A stretch of DNA of 64,000 nucleotides from Nageia nagi (lineage: Eukaryota > Plantae > Pinophyta), in the NCBI GenBank assembly GCA_050084985.1, contig JBITNC010000001.1, positions 102,796,001 to 102,860,000 on the forward strand, written 5' to 3'. Shown in pieces: positions 38,901-51,900 of the stretch. The notes beneath the pieces are model-generated. The model was not told the origin of the DNA and ran no database searches. It saw nothing but the letters and a program-made list of their open reading frames with translations. The translations under genes were made by a program, and so were the position numbers. Every line of letters starts with the position of its first letter. The stretch's first letter is position 1.

Positions 38901-39010
38901 GATAGGACCTTACATTATCATTGTAAATTATGAAAAAGGTGCATATAAATGATCTATAATTGAAGCTAAAATAAAATGAAATCTAATTAATTTTATGAAT
39001 CTAAAAAAGT
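32950..39010 (+). pseudogene. Decayed gag-pol of element E: gag, PR, G-patch, RT, RH, aRH, INT
   Basis: gag FEKYNDERDPMDHI..FATTFKGDALNWYFSL; G-patch MKKYKYGGKGLGKNE*GIINPI (~34982-35047); RT CTDFRDICKACPKDAFHFPNIDMIVD..MDGFFSYNQI, MPFGLKN; RH VAKWVVFLQEFD; aRH CTNNMVEYEALILGL..QIFGDSQII (37225-37698); INT WPFSIWELD, MDNGTSF, STPYHPKGNGQ, KGKFKPNKIGPY. Confidence 0.9.
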
Positions 39011-39319
39011 TCTGTTTGATTTTTTTTGCAAAATTATGCATATCTTTGTCTTTTTATACTAATATTTTAGGAAAAATATTCTATAACCTATTGATGTCTT
39101 TACATTCCTGGAAACATTGTTGTATTTAGTTGATAAAAAAAGATCAAAAATTGATTATTTCTTCCTTATCACAATAAATCAATGAAAAATGTATTTCATT
39201 CTTTAAGTTGCTTATCAATAATATTTATCAAAACACATACTTGAAATTGGCTTAATTAATTGTTGGAGTTGGAGAAGATTGAGCTCTATAAATATCATAA
39301 GTATGAGAAACCTTGACTC

Positions 39320-42300
39320 CTTACAATGATTTCTAGCTTAAGGGAAAATACACCCCCTAAATGAAACCCTCTAACAAGGAAGTACTCAGGAAATGTGCCC
39401 CTCTTTCCACCTATAGCCACCATCCAAATGGGCAAAGGAGAGTGTTCAAAACCCCCACCTTAGATCACAAAAAAATGAATTTAGTTGCCTTCTTATTGCA
39501 AATAATTCTCCATTTCAAAATAGACATGGAGGACATCAAATCCAAGATTATTGATTTGGAATATAAAGGCCTAATATGTCATTTCTAGGCATTCACCCTC
39601 AATTCTCTACAATCCAAGCATGGGAATATAGGAATTGGAGCAACTATGGCTAGGTAAACATTAATCATTTCTCCCATGATTACTTTCTATACTATTTTGA
39701 ATCTGAGGAAGATAGAGATCTAGTGTTTCAAGGTGGTCCTTGATTCCTAGGTAGGGCTAGATTATTTATGAAGCCTTGGCATACCAAGTTTAAGCTACAA
39801 GTAGAACTACCCTCCTCTTATCCTTTTAGGGTGAAATTGTTTAATATCCCCTTATAATTATGGAATGAATTAGTCTTTGCAGGTATTGGTAACACTCTAG
39901 GCCCTTTTATGAGAGCTTCAAATGGGAATAAAAACTTTACCCATATGAACTATTCCCACATCTATGTCCACATCGATCTGGAGCAACCTTTACCTAAAAT
40001 TATGACAATTTAGGGTGATACCTCCTTCAAAGATATGATTCAACCCATAGAATATGATAACCCATAGAATATGATAACCTCTCCTTTTATTGTTGAATTT
40101 ATAATGAATATGGACATCTTTTTATAAGATATCCCCATGCTCCTCCCATTGACCTTTTCCCATTATTTTCCCTAGTTTCCTTCAAAATTATAAAGAAATA
40201 ATAACAAGTATGCTCTCAAATCAACCCCAAATAGATCCCCCAAAGTAGCAATTAGTTTCAACTATTTTAAGAAATGGAGGAATCCTAAAGACCTATCCTA
40301 GTTATTAATCAAACCCCTTTGCATGAAGAAGAGGTGACCCTAAGCATCACTAACCCCCACTCCCCCTCATATCCATCCCCACCTACTTTCCAACCTATCC
40401 TAGTTTCTCATTATGTGGAAGAAATCCCAATGCCTTTTGAACCTACTATTGTGGTGGAGTTAGAACAACAAAACCTCAATATGGATATGCACATGGAAGA
40501 ACCATTTGATAAAGAAAAAATCAATCCTCTTATCAATATTTGGACCTAAAAGCCACCAAATCAGCTATCAAACTACCTCCTAATATACTTAAGGCTACTA
40601 TGGGTGGCCCTCATAAGAAAAGAGGCAAATTACCCCTTCAAGAACTCTTGATATCATAGGTGAAGGTTATTATTCATAGTTGGAATCCCTATGTGAGTCC
40701 AAAAAAATAAATAATTATCATGAAGATACACTCTTGGAACATTCAAGGGTTCCAATCTATTGATATAATCCAAAAAGTATGTACATTTATCAAAAAAAGA
40801 AAAACCAATAATCCTTTGTATTTAAGAATCCAAACTCTTTGAATCAAAAGGTTAAGGTATAAAAAGGAAATTTTATTCTAAAAGCCTAGCAGCCATATGT
40901 GCATCTAAAGGTCATTTAGGGGGGCTAATAACCCTTTGGGATAGCTTGTAAGTTACTTGTTCTCTCTTAGCTAAACATCAATTTTGGTTGGCCCAACAAG
41001 TAAAATGCCTAAAAATAGGTTTTCTTTTTCACATAATAAATGTCTATTGGATCACAAATCATCAACATGCAATATGGAAATAACTTACTCAATGGTTCTA
41101 TACTCATACTAAGATTTCATGGATCTTCTATGGTGATTTCAATGCCATTAGAAATGTTAACAAAAAAGAAGGCATAAGAAAATCAAATAAATTCTGAAAG
41201 CCTTTCAATGATTTTATAGATCTCATATAACTAAATGAACCCTTGTTCTTGAAGGGTTGGTTCACCTAGATAAATAAGAGATTCTTAGAGGGAAAGATCT
41301 TAGAATGCTTAGATCGCTTTCTAGTTTCTGAAGATTGACTTGCAAAAGGCATCCTCCCACAATATGAGGTTCTTCCCTATGATTGTTTAGATCATTAGCC
41401 CATTTAATGGATCCTTATAATTTCCATATGACCTCATAGACCACTATTTAGGTTTGAGAAAATGTGTCTCCAACATGAGGGTTTTGATTAGCTTATTGAA
41501 GAATGATGGAAAGCAGAATGCGGTGTTTATAGCACTTAAATATTCTTATTTTCTACCAAAATTTTCAAATTAAAAGTTCAACTCCAAAGTAACAAATGTA
41601 AAAACTAAAAGAACAACTTTGGATTAACTAAGAGACTTCCCTTCTTACTCAAAAGAAATAGGTTCCTAAAGATCTTGATGATATCTACTTAAAATAAGAT
41701 ATTTTTTGCAAACAAAAATCTAGAACCAACTGGTTTAAAAAAATTTGATAAAAATACCAATTTTTTTCATATTACAACCATGACCCACCATGCCCAAAAT
41801 ATAATTCTATCTCTTGATACCCCCATGGGTCAATCCTTATCTAATCTAGAAGAAATTGAAACCACATCACCTCTTTCTACACCTCCTTACTAGTTGAAGA
41901 AGAAGTAGACATAAATAAGGCCCAACAATAGTTCTTAAGCTTCACCCCAAGATTGGTCTCTCCAACTCTAAATTATATACTCATGGACTCAATTTCTAAA
42001 AAATAATTAGAAAATGCTCTTTTCCAAATGAAACCTTATGGAGCTCTAGGAATAAATGATTTCACTCTAGGATTTCTTTAGCACTTTTGGTATCTACTTA
42101 AGGATGAGATTATTGGGGTGGTATGAGAGTCTTTTTCCTCCAAGAAAATTATTATTAGACTAAACCACACTTTATTATTTCATATTTAAAAATCCAAAAA
42201 TGTCAATACTATTGATTCTTTCATATCAATATTATTATACAATGCAATCTGCAAATCATATCTATAGTGGCAACATTTAGATTGAAGCAAATTTTGGTTG

Positions 42301-44660
42301 ATATTATTACATAAGAGCAAAAGAATTTTATGAATGGTTTCCAATTACTTGATGAAGTCACAACTGTTCATGAGTTACTTCACTCCCTCCAATGATACAA
42401 TTGAAAAATAATTTTAAATTGAAAAATAATTTTACTAAATCTTGACATGAAGAAGGCTTTTGATCAAGTAAACTAGAGCTCTTTGAAACAACTACTGGGA
42501 AAACTTGGCTTTGATTATGGCTAGATAAATTGGATCTTTTCCCTCTTAACTTGTCCATATTTATCCATCCTAATAAATAATTTCTCAAAAGGATTCTTTA
42601 AAAGCACAAGAGGACTCAAATAGGGATATCATTTATCACCTTGTTTTTTCATTATAGTTGTTGATGATATCAGTGGAGGCCTTTCCCACCTTCAATATAG
42701 GGGTCTCCTAAAAGGCCTATCCATTAATAATTCATGCAAGCCAATCACTCACTCTCAATTTGCATATGACACACTTCTCACTACTCAACCCTTAGTATAT
42801 AAAATCCTAAAATTGGAAGGTCTCCTTTGCCAATATGAACTAGCATATAGGAAGGCTATAAATATATTCAAATTCAACCTCTTTGGGTTAAATATTTCTA
42901 CACCTAAACTCAAAATTTTCTTCAGATTGGTAGGTATGAGCATTGCCACATTCCTAGAAAATACTTGGGTATGCCTCTTGCTCTAGGAGGAAACATAGAT
43001 GACTTTTGGGAGCACATAATAGGCAAAATTAAAATTAAGCTAGAATCTAAATGGCTTTATTTTGCTGAAATATTGGTCAAAATCAAAGCTATTCTTAGTG
43101 TCATTCCTATATTTTGGATGGGTTCTTTCTAGATCCCTTCTAGCATCATCGGTAAGATTGAGAAACACATGAGGGATTTCCTTTGGTATAGTGTTTTAGA
43201 AGAAAAAAAAAGTGTACCTAGTCAATTGGGGAAAAATATGCTCCAATAAAAACATAGGAGGTCTTGGGATTAGGAAACTTGGATACATGAACATATATAT
43301 GATATACAAAATGATTTGGAGCATATTCTTAGAACATTTATCGCTTTGGAGTAAAGTTTTCTACTCCAAATATTTAGACTCCTTGGATCCTCTTAGAATA
43401 TTCATTGTAGAAGACTTCCTATAGGGCTCTATCATATGGAATAACATCTAGAAAGTGAGAAACTTTATGCTCCTATTCACAAAATGGGAAGTTCATAATG
43501 GTTAAAAATTTAGCTTTTGGTAGGACTCTTACATCTCCTATACTTCGCTCTCATATACCGTAACCTTGAATAATGTCAAAACCTTCCTCTCTAGAGTTTG
43601 GGGGATAATGTTGAGCAATACTGGCATTGGAGCTATTTGAATGGATGCCCAACCAAATATTGGAAGGACTTCTCACTTGTGCCATATTATCTAATTGAAG
43701 AGGCTAGATAGTTGGAATCTTTTCTTAAAAATTACAAACTTTCTCACAATGATAGGGATAAAAAAATAACTTAGGCCCTCATAAAGTTAAAATTATTCTC
43801 TATTCCTCCATGTTCCAAGCAATATCCATAAATTTAACTAAGAAATACATCTAATTGGTGTGGAATAGGGTCTAGAAGTTATTAGCATGGCCAAAGTCAT
43901 CATTTTTCCTTTGGCTAGTAGTGCACAATAAATTTCTATCTGGATAACAACTCAACATGTGAGGCTAGAAAATATATTTCAAATGTATTATTTATGATGC
44001 AATCGATGAAATTGGACCCCATTTGCTCATGCATTATGACTTCTCCCTCACGTTATGGAATAATTTTCTTTCCATGTTCTTAATGGTTTGGGCATGCCCT
44101 ATATCTAATGAACAATTGATAATTTCTTGGTCATCTCTACCTCAAGGTGACAACTTCAAAGCCATCTAGTTTTTTTCCCTAGTGATGCTAGTCTGGAATA
44201 TTTGGATAGAAAGGAATAACAAAATCTTCTAGTGAAAGTCTTCCATAATATATGTAATCTACAAATGGTGTGATAATCAACTCATCCATATCAAGGAGTA
44301 TAAATTGAATCTTTCTCCCCTCTCCCTAATGGATTGGTAAACTTTGATTAAATGGGTACCCCTTAGATCAGCTTGAACTCTTTGCAATGAAGCAACTCTA
44401 TGTAGAGAAGATGAAAGTACTAAATCTAATGACTTCTCATTCTTTCTACTTCCCCCTATGTTGAGTTTTAAATTGATCATAGTACACAAAAATTTAGGAG
44501 AGTATCTACATTTAGAAAATAAGAATTCTACTTTGATATATTTTGTAAGGAGTTACAAGCCATAATGGATGCCTGAGGAAAATTTCCACCAATCTGAAGT
44601 CACATGATATGTACTACAATCCCAACAATTAATATATAGCTATTTTATTTACCAAAAAAA
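39320..44660 (+). mobile_element. Near full-length decayed L1-clade LINE inserted in the 3' UTR of element E (ends approximate)
   Basis: ORF1 remnant FESEEDRDLVFQGGP*FLGRARLFMKPW (DUF4283-like) and a CCHC-like C*IYNEYGH. ORF2 starts at 40720 MKIHSWNIQG, with APE endonuclease GDFNAI, LDRFLVS, DH*PI; RT SQFAYDT, YLGMPL; LVNWGKICSNKNIGGLGIRKL; C-terminal WNIWIERNNKIF. No clear TSD found. Confidence 0.88.
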
Positions 44661-46981
44661 ATAATGCTTATCAAAATATGTCAAAATTGTATTTCATTTC
44701 TTCTTCATATCATCGACCTCCTTTGTAAAGAAGGAGCACTCTTATCAGTAAATCCATGGCAACATGGTGGTTTGGGAAACTAAGCTAATCATTTTTATCC
44801 TTTGACACCTTTGTAAGCAAGGGTCAATCTTATCATTTGGTACCTTTGAAAGGTAGGGCCATTCATATCAAAATCAATGGTGACATGGTGGCTTGGGAAA
44901 CTAAGTTGGTCAACATAAATTGTTTATCATCTTCATCTCATCTTGGTGGGTAAGCCACAAAGGATAGGTTTTCTTCTCTTATCATACTTTCCATATCATG
45001 TTGTTTACTTTTTATATTTGAGGTATATTGCATAAAACATTTCTTTTTCAAGCTCTTTTTAGGTACCTCTTTCTTTGCATTGGATTTCTCTTATGATGAA
45101 AAGTCCATCATGTCACAATAAAGTCAAAGAGGGGGCATAACATAAGCAAAAAATTGGTGTATCTGAAGTTTCCACCATCTCACAATGTTTTAGGGAGTAT
45201 CTTCTTACTTATCTTGTTATATTTTGAATTCATGCTTTGATTTTCTTTTTCCTCAAAAGAATCAAAACCTATTCAAAGTGAGGAATCTATTAACTCTTAA
45301 AAAAGAATTTTGATTTAATTAAAATACCCTTTTAGGTATTTGAAATAATTCATTTGATGTATTAAATAAATGCTCTTTTCCATGTGCACTCTCATATACC
45401 TTTATGTTTTATGGTAATAGGTCTGCTCAGCATCACAATAAGCCTAAGAAGCCTTAGTGCTAGACCTATTACCTATAAAGATGGAGGGTTGTGTATGAGT
45501 AAAGATATGACATGACATGATATAATACCAAATCCTTAATAGGTGGAAATATACTTGTATCAATCTTAATTGATATTTCTTAAAACCACCTATCATCTCT
45601 AGGTTTTTTTATACTCTGAGATTTGCATTCCAATGATATTTCATCCCTTCATGAGCAAGATTTGATGGATCAAAGGTGGGATGATGACATTGAGTGAAAG
45701 GGAAATCCATTATGGAATGGGAACCAGGTGCTACTATTAGGTTTCTAGTGCTACCATTGGGTTGATGTTGGAGTAGTAGCTCTGTGTTTTAGGGAACCTC
45801 ATCATTCTTCTTCTTTTTATAAAATTTTGCCTTCATTCATTATCACATTTAAAGAATAGGTTTGTATCTTTTATAAATATAGTTTTGATGTGTTAAGGTA
45901 AATTACATCACTATCATCTTTCATGTCATTGATTTCCTATTATTTATAGTTAATTGGAAAATTTAATTATTCTATAAATAACCCTAATAATTATTATTTC
46001 AATTATAACACATCCCATATGCATCATGTGTACTCATTAAAATGAAATGAGTATTTTATGAAATGCCCATAACACATTAATCATCTACTCCACTACCATG
46101 TAAATTTTATCCACTTTATGAATAAAATATATTTTAATGAAAAATTAGTGGACTATGCATTTTAGTTATTTTATATGTTATACTAACCAAACCTTAAAAA
46201 GCATGGTCAAGCTCAGTATGTATTCTTTCATAGGATTTAGCAATGGCAGTATAATAATATGAATTTGGTACAACATCTGAAGTGAAGTGGGGAATAATGG
46301 TGCATCACCCCCAAGTTCCAACATAACCTCTTATGGGTGGCTCACAAGCCCCCTTCAAAGGTTTTATGGCTCCATTCATGTGACTTGTGTGCCCTTATAA
46401 GGTGGTGGCACCCACTAGGAGTTCATACCCCTGGGTAGGTTTGTGGTCACTTGGTGTCTCATGCCCCCCATAGGGGAGCCATGGCCCCTTGAAATCTTAT
46501 GCCCTCCATAAGGGATTGCTTGTCCTTAATTGGGGTTTCTTCTTCCCCTTAGGGTTAACTTGACCCCTTTGGTGGTAACTTCCCTTTTGGGATGGGTGAC
46601 ACCCCTTGGGTGACCTATGCAACCCCACTTGGGCATCCTGAGTGGCCCCCTTTGGGTGGCCTATGTACCTCTCTAGGGTTGCATGACCCACTTTAAAGGA
46701 GTGGCTAGCTCCTTCCCCTTTGTAAAAAGATATTAAAATAATTCCTTTAAATGCAAAAAATAATTTTTGTATTCAAATGGAATATTCCATCCCTCTTTTT
46801 TAATTTTTTTACAATAGTTATATATATATATATATATATATATCTTGTAAAAATAAATATATATTTTTGAATATATAATTGCATTATAAAATTTTTGTAT
46901 ATATTTGAACATATTTTTGAATGTAGGCCCATAATAATTTAGAATTTAAAGATTTCAACATATATCTTCATCTTAGACTTG

Positions 46982-46986
<5 letters not shown>

Positions 46987-47075
<89 letters not shown>

Positions 47076-47117
47076 TTATATATATATTATATATATATAT
47101 ATGTATGTATGTATGTA
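46987..47117. repeat. (TA)n microsatellite (~40 perfect units) followed by imperfect TA and (ATGT)n
   Basis: Direct reading. A shorter (TA)n lies at ~46819-46843. Confidence 0.97.
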
Positions 47118-48979
47118 TAATATTTGCATGGTTTTTTAACACATCAATAAATTTGTAAGTCCCCTTTTTTATATATATACGTTTGTATTAAATACATAAA
47201 AAATAAATTCTCCCTTTTTTTAAATTTACAAAATCTACTCAAATTTTGTAAAGAAGGATAGTTTGCAAAAATAAAATTGCAACTCAAGATAACATTAAGA
47301 TAAAAATTAGATCTAACTATGAAAGAAAATTATACATTCTAATTTTTACAAGATCTAAAATTTAATCATGAAAATATTAGATTTGACCTTTTAGTTTCTA
47401 AAATAAAATTGAAACAAGATGAGAGTTTAGATATACCTTAATTTGAGAAGAGTTACCTCAAGATGATGGAGCTAGAATTTGAATGAGATGACCACAAGGA
47501 GGCTCTAATACCATATGATGGAATTGAAGGATTCTATAACCAAGATCAATTATTCTAACTCCATAAAATTAACAATCAAATTACTCTCAAAATAACAATC
47601 TCTCAAAAAAAATAAAAATAAGAAATCTCACAAAGTAACACATAAGAAGTATAGTGGTTTCTCTCTAAGAGAGTACATCCACTTGAATCTAAATCTATTA
47701 CTTCTCAAGATAAAATCTCTCTTACAACCTTTATATCACCTAGATCTCTAAACTAGTAGCATGATAATGCTTCTACAAGTGTGTATTTTACAAGCCCAGC
47801 CTTCCTTTTATAGGCTCAAATCCTACTTTGGTTCACCATTTTACACAAGGGGAATACTAACATCCATAGGATATCCACATCCTCACATTAGGTGAGGATG
47901 GTAGGTAAAATTATTTTACCCATACCTATTACATATGCCCATACTTCTATTTTAAGTATGTGAGACTATGTTTATATGTGGATATACCTTTAATATAAAA
48001 TAGATGGGGCTCCATATTTGCATACATGGATATTCCACATAATAAATGGATTATTCCATATTACAAAATATTTTCCCTCTAACATAGGTATTGTATATGT
48101 TGCTTTATTTTTAATTAATTAGGAACAATATACCTAATTTATTTACACAATAATGCATTATAAGTTCTAACAATAGGAAATATCAAAAATGGAATATAAT
48201 ATACCAAACTTGACTCCAATATGTAGATTAATTCAAGCCATTAAGTATTTGAATTTTTGACTGTACCTTCCACAATGATTAAGGATTTCTATGGGTCTCT
48301 CCTCCATGTATCAATACTACCTATATTTGCATTTCTCCATGAAAAATTATTTTCATATACTTATTTCTTGTATTCATTGTGCTTCTTCACCAATTCTTCC
48401 ATTATCATAGAAAAATAAGCATTTCTTGTGGTTTACTCTCTCTACTATTCTTCTATCTCTTGAGCCTCTTTTTCTACAATAATTCTCACTTCATATTCCT
48501 CAATCATAGGTACCTTTAGTATTTTATTATTCATAGATCTTTTATCCATGGTATTTTATAAGAATTTTCTTCAATTTCTCTAGTCACTTTGTAGACTTAC
48601 AATCCTTCTCACAATACCCTATAGCTTTACTTTGAATACTTAGGCAGATTTAGCAATAATGAGAAATAGAATTAGAAAACCTACATAAGTATTAGTCATT
48701 GCATGGGGAAGAATACCTCAACTAAGTTAGTATATCACCATGTGTCTAGGAGAATATATGAGATCTTTGGATCAATAAATAATAAAGCTAACAAAAATTA
48801 ACTGGAAAGTAAAACTCTCATATCAAGGTAATTGTTCAATTCATTTGAATTTTGAAAAGCTTACGACTATTTACATTACCTACTTACCCTATTAAATGAA
48901 TGAAAATATATATACATAATATTTACATTTATTTTCAATTATGTACTATTTGAATTTTCAAATCACCTAGTAATGATTC

Positions 48980-51900
48980 TGATGGATCCCATTCATAGGG
49001 ATTATCAGCTATTGGGAGCTAGCTAAGTAATGATTCTCTAATATTTCTATAATCATGAATGTCCCACTCCAACAGGAATCAAACATTTGTTGTTTCTTAA
49101 ACTTTGTATGATCTTCATCCCACTTGAGCATGAAATATCATTCCTAGAAAGAGACCTAAGATGAATTCTTCTTATCAAATAATGTTTTCACCACATTCTA
49201 CCTATGTTGGAAGGCATAATAAGCATTTTCTTAATCTTATTCAAATTTAAAAAACTAATTCATCCTCACTTGTAGTGGTTCTAGGGTAGGGTCATCCATT
49301 TCTTGTAGTATCTTCATTGTGGGAAACTCTAGGTGGATAGGCATCATAGGTCTCTTCCCATATACTAGAGCATATGGAGAAATTTTAATTTACATTCTTC
49401 ACATTTGATCCTATCTACTTGAAGTGCATGATTGAGTTTTATGTACTATTGCCTTTGATTTCCTTCTATATTCCTTTTGATGATCTTGATAATATTCTTA
49501 TTGGTTGATTCAATCAATCCATTACCTTGTAGATAATAGTTAGGATATGTTCTCCAAAAAATTCCATAGTATACAATAAATTGAGATATCTTCTCACCAA
49601 GGAATATTGGGTAATTATTTGAAATGATTATTTGTATAATTTTGAACTTAGTGATTTATCTCTGTAGAAGATCAATCAGTACATATTTATCTACATTCTT
49701 ACATGGCATTGCTTCATCCCATCGAGCAAAGTAATATTTTATTGTAATGATGAACTTATGCCTAACTAATAAATTTGGGTTGATCATCCTAATAAAATCT
49801 AGGTCCCATTATTGGAATGATTCCTCTATAATGATCAGTTTGAGTGGCATTACAAATTTTCTTCTTTTTCCCATGAACCTATTGCACTTATCACATTCTT
49901 GGGCTATCTTGAATGAATCTTGAAATTCAATTAACAAATAATAATACATTTGTAATATTTTATTCACAATATTATCCTCAAATAAGTTCCCTTTAGAAAA
50001 TACATGATGGAAATCATACAATATCTTCTCTAATTAATCTTAGGATACACACCTTAAAAAATTTCTATCAAAAATATTTTTGTATAAGCGATCATCAATT
50101 AACATGTAGTTCAAAGCTTGTAACTTGAATCTTCTCCTTTAAGACTTGTTAAATGATTTAGGAGATTTCATTATCTTGAAGTAGGTACTATATTTATTGA
50201 TCTAATTAGGCTCTTGATGATGTTGCATATTTTCAATAATAGCAATAATCTGGGTATCCATTGCAATGTTTTCACATAAGGATCTTCCATGAACAAGTTT
50301 AGTTGGCTTAATCTCTATATCAAATTCTAGAATCTTGGTAGCCCAACCAACTTTGCCTTCAGCAAAATCACCTTCTATGATATAATTTCTAAACTTTAGG
50401 TTAATGGTGTAAATTAATACTTTTACATAAGAAATATAATGCTTGAACTTTTTAAGTCCCTTCATAATAACAAACACCTGCTTCTCAATAAAGGAGTACC
50501 TCTCCTAATGATCATGAAGCTTCTAGCTATGAAAAGCAATTGAATTCTTTTCTTATTCATCATTTTTATGTGCAAGGCTATCCATTATGATTTTGTTAGC
50601 TTCATGTGCATACATAATGAAATCCTTAGAAGAATTAGGATTCTTAAGGAATATGGCTTTTAAAATAGCCCTTTTGATATTATGTAATGTTTCTTTGGCT
50701 TCAAGGGATCATTTGAATTATGCATATTTCTTCAACAATGTTATGATAGGTAGCACTATCTTTGAAAATTTATTGATAAATTTTCTTACAAAAATGATTG
50801 CAAAGCTTTATTATTTGAATGCAATGTCAATGCCTCAATAGCTTTTAGTCTATCTAGGTCTATGGCCAACCCTTCTTCTGATACAATGTGACCAAGTAAT
50901 TTGAATTTGTTAATCATAAATATAGAATTCTTTGGGTTGATAAAAATATCAAATTGTTTGTATTTTTAAAATACTAAATTGAGATGATCAGCATGATCTT
51001 TTATATCCTTATAAAATGCAATTATATCATCAAGATAAATCAATACATTCTTATTAATCAAATCACCAAAAACATAGTCCATTTCCCATTAAAAGGTAGC
51101 CCTAGAATTGGACAAGCCAAAAGGCATTCTATAAAAAGAGAAAGTTCCCTATTAGGCAATGAAATTTATTTTATGCTTATCTTCATATTTTAACCATATC
51201 TAATTCAAGCCTAAGAATCCATATATCATTGAAAAGCAGCAAGTTGTAGCAACAATTTGTAGGATTTATTCCATTGGATGAAGAGGGTGATTTTCCTTGC
51301 AAGACACTTGATTCAGATTATGAAAATCAACACAAAATCTAATCTCTCCATTGTTATTTCTCACCAACACCAAATTTGCAACCCATATAGAATATTTTAT
51401 GTGGTAATTGATTTTAGCATCAAGCAATTTTAAAAGCTTTATCTTCATCGCTTCTTCAATTTTTGGGTTAACTGATCTTTATTTCTACTAGTATAGTTTA
51501 GCACCTAAGATAAGCTAAATGGTATGTTGGGGTACTCTAAATTATAAGCTAAATGGTATTCATTACATAGCTCAATGACTAGACTAAGTTTGTTTGGGGT
51601 ACTCTCACTTCCAATTTTAATCTTTTTATCTATTCCAAACTCTATTTTCTTATTTTTCTTCTTATACAATGCCAAGCTCAAAAGAAATAAATCCTCTTGG
51701 AACAATATTATTCTTTAGTTGAATCACATCAACCTCTTTAAATAAATTAGGTAATTATTTCATTCCATACATATGGCATGTTATTTAACCTAATAGAAAG
51801 TTCATGATATGCTCATTAGATCTAAATACTGATCAATAATATAAAATATCAGGAACATAAGTTATGTACATCAGTTTAGCTCCACTAGTATCTTTTATGT

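Larger units (their letters stand above)
31996..46010 (+). mobile_element. Tat-clade Ty3/gypsy element, Ogre/Retand-type domain order (E); LTRs 31996-32668 and 45288-46010
   Basis: Direct repeats start tattaa and end ttataaca. TSD catcc at 31991-31995 and 46011-46015. PBS-like tggtggaccc at 32671. Decayed PPT aaagtgaggaatc just before 45288. Confidence 0.9.
26519..48172 (-). mobile_element. Old decayed copia-type LTR element (D); 5' LTR 47516-48172, 3' LTR 26519-27178; carries nested element E
   Basis: ~660-bp direct repeats starting tgatggaatt. TSD gtagg (26514-26518) and atagg (48173-48177). Reverse PBS gctctaatacca at 47502-47513 and reverse PPT ctcctccttaa at 27179-27189. Faint copia RT/RH remnants on the minus strand (IEYDEIF ~28925; a KHV motif ~28050). 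Confidence 0.85.

Noticed and set aside
45126-45137. aaagagggggca as the PPT of element E
   Set aside because: LTR homology starts 150 bp later at 45288, which has its own decayed purine tract. At most this is an extra PPT-like motif.
46939-47142. 67-aa IY-repeat ORF
   Set aside because: It is a translation of the (TA)n microsatellite.
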